Source: Camelus dromedarius
Taxonomy: Eukaryota
Length of the DNA stretch: 64,000 bases
NCBI RefSeq assembly: GCF_036321535.1
Contig: NC_087437.1
Location: forward strand, 72,852,001-72,916,000
Reading direction: 5' to 3'
The notes under the pieces are model-generated. The model did not search any database. It had not been told where the DNA came from and saw nothing but the letters and a program-made list of their open reading frames with translations. Both the position numbers and the translations under genes were made by a program. Position 1 is the stretch's first letter. Every line of letters starts with the position of its first letter. Positions 51,626-62,849 of this stretch are shown here, one piece after another.

Positions 51626-51726
51626 CAAAAATTTTAAGTGAACAATACAGTATTGTTTACCGTAGGCATAGGATTGTACAGAAGACCTCTAGAACTTATT
51701 TATCTTATGTAAGTGAAATTTTACCA
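51626..51726 (-). mobile_element. L1MA/MB 3' fragment
   Basis: AAATTTTAAGTGAACAATACAGTATTGTT...TTGTACAGAAGACCTCTAGAACTTATT. Confidence 0.7.
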
Positions 51727-53084
51727 TACAATAGCCTTAGGTTAGTATCTAAAGTCTTGGATTTGTATAATCTCTTTGATTACATCATGACTAATGTCCT
51801 CAAACCTCTACAAGTGACTGGACCAATGAACTTAAGGTGACTCTTTTAACCTAGTACCACCAGAAACCAGAGCCTCTATACAACTGATAGACCTGCCAGG
51901 CTGTGCCTTAGAAATGAGGATGAGGACTCTTACTAAAGAAATTTCAGGGGCAATGACCTGATATTGGCATTGAAGAAAGAGAGTCCATCTTAAGAAAAGA
52001 GGAAGCTAGTACGTATATAGGTTTTTGTGGAAAAAAGAAGGGGAAATCGAGTTTGTGTGGCTGGGAAGTGGTTCATTGCATAACTACAGAGAGGCTCTCC
52101 AGAATTACTAACATGCCACAAAACCACAGGCTTGGAGACAGCATTCTCATAAGGGAAGAGGTTGAGCATAAGGTCACCCAAAGGCAGAGGAAAATATTTA
52201 CTTTACTATTTAGAGTAGTTTTCCTTTCTTTAAACAAACTCTCCCTCAATTCCATAGCAAAAACTCTCCTCGACACTTCTGGTTTGTGTGGATTTATTAG
52301 TGATTTTCCCAGGAAGACACAGCATCACACAAAGGCACCGACTCTTTTCACCAGGTAATGATCAATGTCATGTCACAACCTGGCAATACCACGGTTGACC
52401 AATTAGTAAGTCAGTAAGTCTGTCATTACTTTCTCTGAAGGGGATAATAATTTATTAATATAGCATTTCCTCGATTACATCTGTCAGTTCCTTCTGGAAA
52501 TTATGTACGGCGCCATCACCTTTCTTGGGAAATATAATTTAAATATACTGCTCGAAGATTAGATATATCATTTATATGTATGTGATAATGACAAGTGAAA
52601 TACTGGGAGACTAGAGAGGGCGGAAGGCTTGTCCAGGCTTTCTGGGTACTGAGAGCTTTTTCATTAGAGCAGCAGTTCATGCAGATTTTATTTATCTCCT
52701 TATAACTGTTACTCATGAGAGATGCACTTAATGCTTAGGAATGCATGTTAAAACCCAGTTCTGACTGAGGAGTGAAAAGAACAGTGTCAGTGGAGGTGGA
52801 GGTAGAGGACAACCTCCTCTTTCTGAGCAGAAACAGCGAGTATCATTCATACAAAGCCCTCAGGCTTGATTGCGCAGACATCCAGCTCTGTTTAGGAAAC
52901 TGAGAAAGCCCATTTGCGGACGGAACATCTCGGGCAGGGAGGATGGGCAGGCTCTGCGGTTTGCCTCTTCCTAAGGTGTTAAAGTGGTGTGCTCTAAAGA
53001 CAGTTTAATCCTCAATTTTGAATCTGTTCCCTAAATCCCAGGAAACAAATCAGATTCTCAGTCTGGCCACGGCTTTTTCACAAT

Positions 53085-53252
53085 AGCTGTTCATTAACAT
53101 TGCTGGGGTTGGGGTGGGGGGCTTTAAATCCTCAGCGCCCAGGCAGCTCCTCAGACCAATGAAATCAGAATTTCTGGGCTGGGGCCCAAGCATTGGTAAT
53201 TTTTAACACTCCCCAGGTGACTCTAATGTGCAGCCAGGACTGAGAACTATTG
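53085..53252. mobile_element. MER5A-like DNA transposon
   Basis: CAGACCAATGAAATCAGAATTTCTGGG...CTCCCCAGGTGACTCTAATGTGCAGCCAGGACTGAGAACTATTG. Confidence 0.8.
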
Positions 53253-53524
53253 AGTTAGGCATAAAATCAGGCCAAGAAAAAAAAAATGATTATTCATAAA
53301 GTGTTCCTCCTACCAAGAAAATAAAGCAATGTTTCAGTCAGCTACCTTCAGCGAAGCATTCACCATTTTACTGGCACTGTCTTTGAGCTGTGGGATTCAT
53401 TTTTCTTTTAAATAAGTCAATGGTTCGACCCTAATTTTCAGTTACTACCTTGCATTACTTTCCCTCCCTATGTCCTTGTTCTCAAGATGGGATGTGGTTT
53501 AAATGATTTTCCAGTCAACCATAA

Positions 53525-53875
53525 CTATCATTTGTTAACTTTTTAATATTTGCCTGGCCCTGTCTTATGCACTTTGTACACTTAATTTATTCCTCACAAC
53601 AGAGTTACACACTGGGTTTTGTTATCCTCATTTTAAAAGCGGGAGAATTTAGCTTCAGAGAAGCTGGGTTAGTTGCCTAGACTACACAGCGAGAGAGAAC
53701 AGCGGATCTACCTCCTGAGCCACGGTTTTCTTCTATATCCTGGCAATAGCGTGGCACCGGGGAAAGGTCCTGGACTGAGAGTCAGCTAATGTGGGCTCTT
53801 GTCCTAAGTCTGCTACTAACGCATGACCTCAGGCAAGTCCCACGTCCACTCTGGACTTGAATTTCTTCATCTTAA
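53525..53875. mobile_element. Two adjacent MIRs in opposite orientation (minus ~53525-53740, plus ~53745-53875)
   Basis: TTATTCCTCACAAC...ATCCTCATTTTA (minus); CTGGACTGAGAGTCAG...ATGACCTCAGGCAAGTC...TTTCTTCATCT (plus). Confidence 0.65.
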
Positions 53876-53914
53876 GAAAACAAAAAGGTGAAAAAAGAAA
53901 CAAGAAAAGAACAC

Positions 53915-54204
53915 AAAAAAGAAGCCAGTCACAGAAGACTACATTTTACATTCTGTAAAATTCCATTTATATGAAATTTTTACAAAAGGCAAGAGCATCC
54001 GGAGAGCACCTGGGAGGTCGCCTGGGGCAGGGGTGGGAGTGGGAAGGAGGCCTGAGGGGGCTCTCTGGCGTGATGGGTGTGTTCTAAACTGGGTGGTGGT
54101 GATGGTTGCATAACTGTGTACATTTACTAAATGTCACCTATCTATGCACTTCCCAAGGGAGAATTTTATGGTATGTAAATCGCAGCTTCATAAAGCTATA
54201 AAAA
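53915..54204 (+). mobile_element. L1MB/ME 3' end
   Basis: AGAAGCCAGTCACAGAAGACTACAT, GGTGATGGTTGCATAACT, AATTTTATGGTATGTAAAT. Confidence 0.8.
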
Positions 54205-54304
54205 GTGATACTGAGACTTGTGCTGTAATAATTCCATAGACACTACTTGCAGCATTTTCACAATTGGCAACTTCCATTGCTGTATCTTTATCATTTTGGC
54301 CTAC

Positions 54305-54765
54305 TTTTTTTACGCACCCATGTTAAGCTGATAACTCTTGACAGAAGTATACGTCTATATGCCACTAGTACAATCAAGATACAGACATTTCCATCACCCC
54401 CAGGTTCCCTTGCGTCCTTCCCGATCAACCCTCTTTCCACCAGCCCTGCCCCAGGCACCACGGACCGCCTTTCTGTCACTATAGATTAGATTCGCCTTTA
54501 CCAGAGTTCCATAAAAAAGGAATCAAACAATGTGTATTCTTTTGTGTCTGGCTTCTTTCACTAAGCCTATTGTTTCTGAGTCTCACGTATGTTGTTGCAT
54601 TTATCAGTAATTTGTTCTTTTTATTATTACTGAGTAGTATTACATTGTATTTCATTGAATATATCACAATTTGTTTTTTTAGCCTCTCTTTTAAACTTTT
54701 TTTAGAATTGAAGTAGAGTTAATTTACAATGTGTTAGTTTCAGGTGTACAGCAAAGTGACTCAGC

Positions 54766-54816
<51 letters not shown>

Positions 54817-55225
54817 TCTTTTTCGGGTTCTTTTCCATTATAGGTTATTAAAAGATACTGAATATAGTTCCCTGTGCTACACAGTAGGTTTTTGTTGTTT
54901 ATCTATTTTATTTATAGTAGTGTATATCACAATTTGTACTTCACTATTATGAAGAAAGCTGCTATAAACGTTTGTACTCAAATCTTGTGTGGACTTATGT
55001 TTTCATTTCTTTTGGGCAAATACCTGTATCTAAGATTTGCTGGATAAAATGGTAAGTGTATATTTAACTTGTTAAGAAAAATGCCAAGCTGTTTTCCAAA
55101 GTGGTTGTATCATTTCGGTTTCCACCAGCAGTGTACAAGAGTTTTAGTTGCTTCACATCCTCCTCAAGACTTAGTATTGTTCTATTTTGTCGTTTTTTAT
55201 ATTATTATCTTTAATTTTACCAACT
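54305..55225 (-). mobile_element. Old L1 (L1MD/ME-type) 3' region, interrupted by a younger L1 end
   Basis: ATCAAGATACAGACATTTCCATCACCCC, TTTTGTGTCTGGCTTCTTTCACT, TGTTTTCCAAAGTGGTTGTA, CCACCAGCAGTGTA. Confidence 0.85.
54675..54922 (-). mobile_element. Short cetartiodactyl-type L1 3'-end insertion with an internal (TA)(TG)(TA) microsatellite
   Basis: ATTTACAATGTGTTAGTTTCAGGTGTACAGCAAAGTGACTCAG...TGAATATAGTTCCCTGTGCTA. Perfect 15-bp TSD TATATCACAATTTGT (54660-54674 / 54923-54937). Confidence 0.92.
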
Positions 55226-55894
55226 TTGGTGTTGTTCTGTTGTTTATAGTAACAAAATTCCATTTTTCAATGAAATTTTTAGTATGAAATTTTGAGGTTT
55301 TCTCAAAAAAAAACTGGCCTACTTTTTAGAAGCTCTGTGTACAAATGAAGTCTTACTAATTGTCATCAGAGTTATTTAAAAAATTCAAATAAATGCTGCA
55401 GTCTAGTAAAGTTCTCCAATAAAAACTTCAGTAAGACGAAAGCGATCCCAGCTGTAATTTTAAGTGGGGAATAAAAGTGTAGTTGGGCAGAGTCTGGACA
55501 TCTTCATAGAGGAGAGGAGAAACCATTGTGCCAGTTGACATAAGACTAATTTCTGGAGGTTTAGCCCTATTATCTGTGTACTCGAGCTGCAGATGGTGTG
55601 TCACAATGTCCCCCAGGCAGGGAAGCACACATCGGAGGGTTAGGGCCTAGTGTCATTTAATTTCTTGCATCCCAGGCTTCTTTCTTTATTTCTGACATGT
55701 TGATCTGGACCTTGGTGGCAAATTATAGGAAATAAAAATTTTGTTAAAACTTGGCCAACTCTCTTGTAATTCTAATAGCTATGAGATTATGGGAGAGTGC
55801 TCTGAAATAGAATCCCAACACTGTCTTCCTCCACAGTCATTAAGAAATATGTCCTCATAAATCCTCTAACACTTTTACAGAATAGACCATTTAT

Positions 55895-56123
55895 TTTAAG
55901 TGGAGGTAATATCACCCCGAAGGGGATGAAAATTGATTCTTGGGAGGAAGGTGAAAAAATTTGCTTTTTTTTTTAATGTAAGAAGCACAGATATACATAT
56001 AGTACATTATCAGATATAATAGTATATTTGGTATTAAACTTCATGCGAGAGAGGATGATTAGGAAAAAAATGTCTATAAAGGCTCTTGGGGCGTGGTAAT
56101 GAACAAAAGGTTTAGAAACACTG
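55895..56123. mobile_element. hAT-Charlie DNA transposon end fragment
   Basis: GATTAGGAAAAAAATGTCTA...AAAAGGTTTAGAAACACTG terminal repeat. Confidence 0.6.
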
Positions 56124-56379
56124 GAATAGACAGAAGATAAGAAAGTCCTTGTAAAGCATTTCAGGAGATTAATTAAGTCAAATGTCTTCTGTGAATGTGT
56201 GCATTTGGTCTGTGATTGATCCCTCAGGACCTCCCCACTCTCAAGAGACTGCTTGCCCTGAACTCATTATTAGAAAAGGAAGGGAGAATCTAAGATTCAT
56301 TAGGAAATACTTGTAAATTGAAAACTTTTATTCTTTATCTCCCTTTCTTTCAAAATAACACTTGTAAAGAAAGACACTA

Positions 56380-56510
56380 ACATCTCCATTATTGTAGATG
56401 AGAAAACTAGGGTTCAATGAGACGAATCCTAGTTTTCGTTCAAGTTCTATATAGAATACAAGGCAAAGTTGAGATAAACTTCTGAGTTTGTTTGATTTCA
56501 AAGCCCATCA
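56380..56510 (-). mobile_element. MIR fragment
   Basis: CTCCATTATTGTAGATGAGAAAACTAGG...TTTGTTTGATTTCAAAGCCCAT. Confidence 0.6.
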
Positions 56511-58007
56511 TTTCCTATACCCCATATATCAGCCACTGTTTGCTGGGTGGTGGGAGGTTGTCCCACTTCATTATCCTGAGTTCACTGATAACTGGTTCAA
56601 GTGCCTGAGTCGGGAATCAACGTGTTCTCACAGTTCAAATTCCAGGGCTGACGGGCAGATGAGGGTGGGACTGTCACTGAGCTATCACAGGAGTTCTGTG
56701 AGTGCATGGGGAATGGTCCTCAGGGAGGCTCAACAGACTGGGGCTAAGAGGAATCCAAGAGGTTTGGTTAGAATGGAGCCAATCTCAGGATTGCAGAGAA
56801 CCCATGAGTCACAACCTTACATTCCATTCCTTGTCAGTCAGTGAGGGAGAGGCATTCTGATCCTGACCAAAAGTTGAAGAACCACATAAATTTTGGCTGG
56901 TTGCCTATGATTTCTGCCTCACAGCTTAAAGGTGGACCTTTTGTTCTTCAGCGTTCTCCCAAATTCCACTCCCAGTTAATATATACATCAAGGAATGGCT
57001 GCTGATTTCAAAGTAAGAGTGATGAGTATGCAACAACAACGAGCACGTAGACACTTCTGCTTTTTTTGTGTGTATGTGCCTGGAGATGAGTATAAAACTT
57101 TTTGTGTAAAAATCTCCTACACACGTGTCGAGTTAAATGTTTCCTCTCCTTGGTGTCACCTGATATTACATATCTGCTTTATTTGATAGTTTTGCTTTTC
57201 CTTTCCTTTTCCAGTGACATGTTGCTATTTTAACTATGATTGATTGTCTATCTTTGAGAGCAGGACCATAACCTTTAGCTTTTCCTGGGAGGACAAAAAC
57301 CACATGTCCCCATCACTCACCTCCCTTATACTTTACTCCAACCTTTGTGCAAAAAGTTAAGCATAAGAAAGACTGCTTGAGCCCCTTGGTAGGGGAGAAG
57401 AAAGGAAAATAAAATGAGTTAGAAAATAGAGGTTTTAGTGCTACGTTTATTTTTTATTTTTTATCTTTTTTTGCTTTAGAAGAGAGGTAACGGATGATGC
57501 TTGCCTCACTCTGCTGTGACAAATGAATGTGTGTACAAAATAGAAGAAACCTTAGGAAACTTTCACATATCACTCATAAGCAAGGACAAACTGTGATTGT
57601 TGTTATTTTGTTATAGCCAAAATAGGCTTATTTGTCCTGAAGGACAAATACCAAGCATTTCACAAGAGTTTATAGGTCGTCTTGCTCTATGCTAGCCTAG
57701 AAATAAATTAGACTTGAAAAAATAGGAAATAAATATTCTAAGGTACCACGGAATATAGCAGAGGCACAACAGGGATATTGCTAGCTATCCTGGATTCTCA
57801 AGAAAGACCTGAGATACAAGGGCTACTAGGGAGATGTCTAGGATGATGGAGGGAAAATGAGGAACCTCTTGGAAGGTGCTCTCCCCTTGCTTTTTCTCTA
57901 CCCTGCTTTGTACTGCACCGCTCACAGATCAGAGCCTCGGGAGTCAAAGAGCAGCCTCCTCTGGGTGAACACCATGGTCCACCTGGTTTCCTACACGTAA
58001 GTACTAT

Positions 58008-58345
58008 CCTTGCAGAAATCGCATCTGTAGGTTTACACAGGCCTTTTATAGGCTGCCAGTTTTACACTTTGCAACATCATATGCAAATAAAGTACTACAA
58101 ATGGGCCAATCAGAAGTTAGGGAAGTGGACCAATCAGAAGTGAGAGTAATATCCAATCAGGAGTGAGGGAAATAACCAATCAGAAGTGAGCTCAGGGAAC
58201 CAATAGAATTCTAGGTGTAAGTTAGCCGCTTTAGAGGCAAAAAGTGAGATAAAGCCTCTGGGCCAGCGAACCGGACGCTAGTGGGAGGAGAGCAGCGGCC
58301 CTGCCTAGGGGTCCTGCCAGTCTTTTTATGGGGCTTCCCGCCTCA
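58008..58345 (-). mobile_element. ERV1-like LTR, U3/promoter portion only
   Basis: Minus strand starts TGAGGCGGGAAG, followed by five ATTGG boxes, ATTTGCAT and TATAAAA. Several CpGs retained. Flanked by CTAT (58004-58007 / 58346-58349). Confidence 0.75.
58044..58204 (-). promoter_or_regulatory. LTR core promoter: 5 CCAAT boxes, octamer, TATA
   Basis: CCAAT at 58106, 58130, 58153, 58176 and 58200 (23-24 bp period); ATGCAAAT at 58081-58088; TTTTATA at 58044-58050 (TATAAAA on the minus strand). Confidence 0.7.
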
Positions 58346-58532
58346 CTATGTCCATGGCACCTTAGAGAGGGCTGGTGGTGCTCTGCAAATTTCTGGGCAG
58401 CAGCCTGATAGACTGGGAAAGCCCTAGGTAGGAGCCGGAAGTCCTGGTGTTTGACTCAGAATTCCACTTACTAAATATTTGATCTTTAGTAAGTTAGTCT
58501 CCATCTTGGTTTAGTTATTTTAAAAACTTAAA

Positions 58533-58913
58533 AAACTGAGGTATAATTTACATACTATAGAATCCACCCTTTTTAAACAGTACCATTCAATAGTTTTTAG
58601 TACACACACAGGGTTGCACAATCATCAACACTTTCTAATTCCAGGACACCTTGATCACATGAAGAAACCCCAAACATCCATACCCATGAGAATCCATACT
58701 CTCCACTCCTCCCTCTTCCCTGCCCCTGGCAACCACTAATCCACTTTATGCCTCTAAGGACTTGCCTATTCTGAACTTTTTATATAAATGGAATCACACA
58801 ATATGTGGCCTTTTGTGTCTGGCTTCTCTTACTCAGCATGTTTTCCAGTTTCATCCATGTTGTAACATGTATCAGTATTTTGTTCCTTTTTATAGCAGAA
58901 TAACATTCCATTG
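58533..58913 (-). mobile_element. L1MB-type 3' end
   Basis: TGAGGTATAATTTACATAC, CCCCTGGCAACCACTAATC, ATATAAATGGAATCACACAATATGTGGCCTTTTGTGTCTGGCTTCT. Confidence 0.88.
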
Positions 58914-59622
58914 TGGTTCTTTATTTAGTCATTCACTTTTCCATCATCACCCACTTTTCCATCAGCACGACTTGTCACGGAACACCTATGGAGAACCAGC
59001 CTTGTCCTAAGCTCTTGGCATGTATTGACTCACATTTATTCCATGAACAAATAAAGGCATACATTTATTCATTTATATATACAAATAAATATTATACTGT
59101 CTTATCCCCTCAGTTAAAAAAACAAATTTAGGTTAATGGATTATTTATGAGTTTTTAAATTTTGACCATTGTTTCTCTACACAGGTAAGAGCTGAGTGTA
59201 CCAGCACCTCGTTAGAAGCATGCTTTTCTGCCATCTGTAGGGCTTTTGTATTGTAATCAAATACAGTATGAGCTTTCTTATTGTAATCATTTTTTAAAAA
59301 AATAGCGCTATAAATTCAATTGTTTTTTATAATATGCAAAAAATGAAAATGTGAAAGGCAGAATCCATGACCCACTGCATTGCCTAAAGGCCTGGATTAT
59401 TTAACTACTTGAGCAACTGACATAATGTGATTTTGTACATTTCTTAAAATGACTGTGCAGTTGTGTGCAGGAAAATTTTAAAAAGCATTACATAAATTAC
59501 CACTTTAGTTGGGTTTTGTTCTAAATCTGAATAGCACAAGGCATGAAGCAGGGTCTGAGGAGATCTGGGTTCTTGTTTGGATTCTGCCTCTAGGGTCTTC
59601 TAGGAACTTAGGTAAAAGGAGG

Positions 59623-59778
59623 GAGGGACCCTGCGTCATGAGCCTGAGAACTGTGTGATAGTCGCACGGGCCCCATGCTCTGAAAGGCGCAGGTTTGGTT
59701 GAATGCTTTGTTGTAGCTAGCTCGAAATTCTTCATCATTTTTGAACAAAATGCCCTATAAATTGTGCACCTGGTCTTG
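59623..59778. mobile_element. MER91A-like hAT-Tip100 element
   Basis: AGTCGCACGGGCCCCATGCTC...TTGGTTGAATGCT...GAAATTCTTCATCATTTTTGAACAA. Confidence 0.75.
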
Positions 59779-59924
59779 GAAGAAAGGAACATTTGTTAAA
59801 TGTCTACTCTGTACTGACTACTTAATCTGAACCACCAGCCCTTGTGGTTTTAAAAAGTTATGTTTTAAAAAGTAATATTAAAATATATTTTTTTAAATAG
59901 GAAGATTTGATTTCATATTCTTTT

Positions 59925-60128
59925 TTTTTTTAACATTTCCATCAATGTATTTTATTTTATTTTATGTTTTTGAAGTACAGTTGGTTTACAATGTGTTAAT
60001 TTCTGGTGCACGGCATAGTGACTCAGTTACACATATATAGACATTCCTTTTCATATTTTTTTTCATTATAGGCTATTGCAAGATATTGAATATGGTTCCC
60101 TGTGCTATACAGTAGCACCTTGTTTATA
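59925..60128 (-). mobile_element. Short cetartiodactyl-type L1 3'-end insertion
   Basis: TTGAAGTACAGTTGGTTTACAATGTGTTAATTTCTGGTG...AAGATATTGAATATGGTTCCCTGTGCTATACAGTAG. TSD GATTTCATATTCTTTT (59909-59924) / GACTTCATATTCTTTT (60129-60144). Confidence 0.9.
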
Positions 60129-60834
60129 GACTTCATATTCTTTTAAGGTCACTTCTATGTCTAAAATTCTCTAATTCTGGATCATATAAAGTATTCTAAT
60201 GAAGGTAGTGGCATTGTACCAACTTTTTTTTTTTTTTTTTTTGAGATTCATGGTAATTGTTATGTTTTCCTGGAAATCTTCCTTGATCCAATGTAATTTT
60301 GTAAATTTTCTTCTGTACCTCACACCCTTTTGTGTGATAAAAGCTTTTTTGGGGAACAGGTTGTATAGAGTAAAACCAGTTTCTAACTCTCCCACTGCAT
60401 TTCATGTCCCTTAAAATCAGATACTTTGTCTCAATCAACTTGTAACTTGTAACATAAAAAATGCTACACAAGTAATGCTATGTTCATAAAGGACGGTTAA
60501 ATGAATGGTTAGTTAAAAGACCAAGGGTCTCATACAATTTTTAATATTAAACTTAAATTTAGCAGGAACCTTAAAATTTACTATTTTAACAGGTTTCTGT
60601 TAAGAAACTAGATAGAGCTTCTTAAAATAAGCAGGATTAAAGAATTTAGTAACAGCAATGAAAATTCAGATCTGCCCATACACACTATCATTAGAGATGG
60701 GGCAAGCTAAGGCAAGTGCATAGCCCACAACAGTCCCTGAGAGAAAAGAAGTTAGGACATTTTTCCAAGTAACTTCCATTTAAAAGCACTATAGCTTTAA
60801 ATTGATACATGTATAATAGTATAAGAATCTAATA

Positions 60835-61260
60835 AACAAAAAGTAATACCTATTCATGATTAAAAGATAATCAAAAGGTACATAAGGGTATAAAATTAAA
60901 AAGAAAAGTTCTCTTCACCCCTAGCCATTCTCTCATTTCCCAAAGATACCCAGAAGTGCTTTTTGAATTGTATATTATACAATCTTATTTTTGTCAAATA
61001 GGATTCTATCATATTTTTTTCTTTGCCAATTCATTTAATAATATTTCTTAGTCCTTCTCCCATATTGGTACTTGTAGACCCCCCTTGTTCTTTATCAGGA
61101 GGGTATGGTATTCTGCTTCATAGGTTGAACACGGTTGATTAAATCAACCCTTTCTGATGAACATTTATGTTGTTTTCAATTTTGAGAAATTTCATAAAAG
61201 CACAGTGGGTATCATCACATAGGAATACATCCAGAATAAATTCCCAACAGCGAGACTGCT
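60835..61260 (-). mobile_element. Ancient L1ME-type fragment
   Basis: CTGATGAACATTTATGTTGTTTTCAATTTT, AGAATAAATTCCCAACAGCGAGACTGCT. Confidence 0.5.
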
Positions 61261-62849
61261 TTAAGTCTCTATGATTTGATATGAAGGAAAAATTAATTCA
61301 GTTACCAACTTAATGACTTAGGGACAACTACAAATATACTTGTTTATCCTTGTCCTTGAACTGTTTTTAGAAATATTTTCCAATTGGTATGACCTTTGTT
61401 TCAGAGTAATACTTAGCTTTAAAAAAATAATTTCCAAGCAATCAGTCTGTATACTTTTAAAAAACAGATGAAACTTTTTGCTTCACCAATGTGAAGAATT
61501 GAAGTAAGATTAATTTTCTTTTCTAATACTTCTTGTTTCCAAAGATAAATTCAGAGGCTGCTATTACTCACAGCTATACAAGTCCTTTTTCCACTTGTGC
61601 TGTCGGTAGATTTTGGGGTGAGTTTCTGGCTATATGGGTCACCTTCCATCATAACAGAGTATAAGTTCTTCCAGGTGACCCCACTCTAACTCACTTTCCC
61701 AGCTCTCCTGGGGCCCAGTAAACTCTCTTTTGCACAATAGGAATTCAGTAAATGTTTTTACAATTGATCATTTACATTGTAAACATCAAAATGCCAGATC
61801 CTAGAACTGTTCAGATTAAAGAGAAGGCAACATTTTAAATAAATGACTTAATAACTGCATTGCAGAATTGTGGTCCAGATAATTTTCACTTAATCTTACT
61901 TGATTATAGAAAGAAATACAAAAGGTAAATGTAAACAAGCCTGGAGTATGTGAAGATTTTTCTGCATGGAATGATTTGATTTTAAAATATTTTGAGGTCT
62001 TAGTATCTTGGTTTCTTTAGCTTGATAGGAACAATTAACTTTTTTAAAAAAAAATCCTTTGAAGAATTAGAACACTCTCAGATTTAGAATGTTCCTTGCT
62101 TCTTTTTTTTTTAAATAGAAAATCTGGGAGCCAGTCATCAAAACTATGCTTTTATAAAAGCTCACCGTGTCACCTTGTTTTCTAGTCCTTGACAGTTGTC
62201 TGATCAGAGTTGGGTGGCCTTTGGCACATCTCTTCATCTCACTGAGCCTTGGTCATATGTAAAGCTCAGGGGGTCTCGAATGTCCATTCTAGTCCTAAAG
62301 TTGTGTGACTGACTCCAAGGTGGGAATGGAGAGGGGTTATTATGGAAGAGGTACAGTGAAAGGGGAAGGATTGCAGGATACGACCCAAGAAGCTGATTCT
62401 TCTTAAAACTGATTAAATCCTAGGACAACTTTTTCTCAGTCTGTGCTTGGAAGTAAATACATGTTTATTCCCAAAATATCTTCCTATTATTCCAGCCTGT
62501 AAACATATTTGCCAGATTTATAGAGGTCTCCCAAGTATCAAAAAAAGTCACATATAGGAAGGATTTTAAAAGTGACAGATTGTAGCAAATATAGAACCAA
62601 GGCATTTTTGCCTTTGTCTCATGACTGTCGTGGAATCCTTGCACACGGATTGAATTGCTTTTAAGTAGGCAGTCAACAGTAACATGAAACAGAAATGCTG
62701 TGACAATGGCTGGGTTAGGCCTCTCGTTTCCCAGTTTCTGAGCTGAGAGTTAGGAGAGGGTGGGGCTGCTCAATAATCCACAAGTACCATGTGTGCGCGT
62801 GTGTGTGTAGCTAAATCGAACTTAAGCCATTCAAGTTTCTGTATCTTTC

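Noticed and set aside
58100..58210. Regular 23-24 bp repeats, superficially CRISPR-like
   Set aside because: Mammalian DNA with no cas genes and no unique spacers of proper length. These are tandem CCAAT units of an LTR.
25881..60276. Scattered GAS (TTCnnnGAA) and AP-1 motifs, e.g. near 25881, 26698, 43781, 51259 and 60268
   Set aside because: Isolated short motifs at a frequency compatible with chance in 64 kb.
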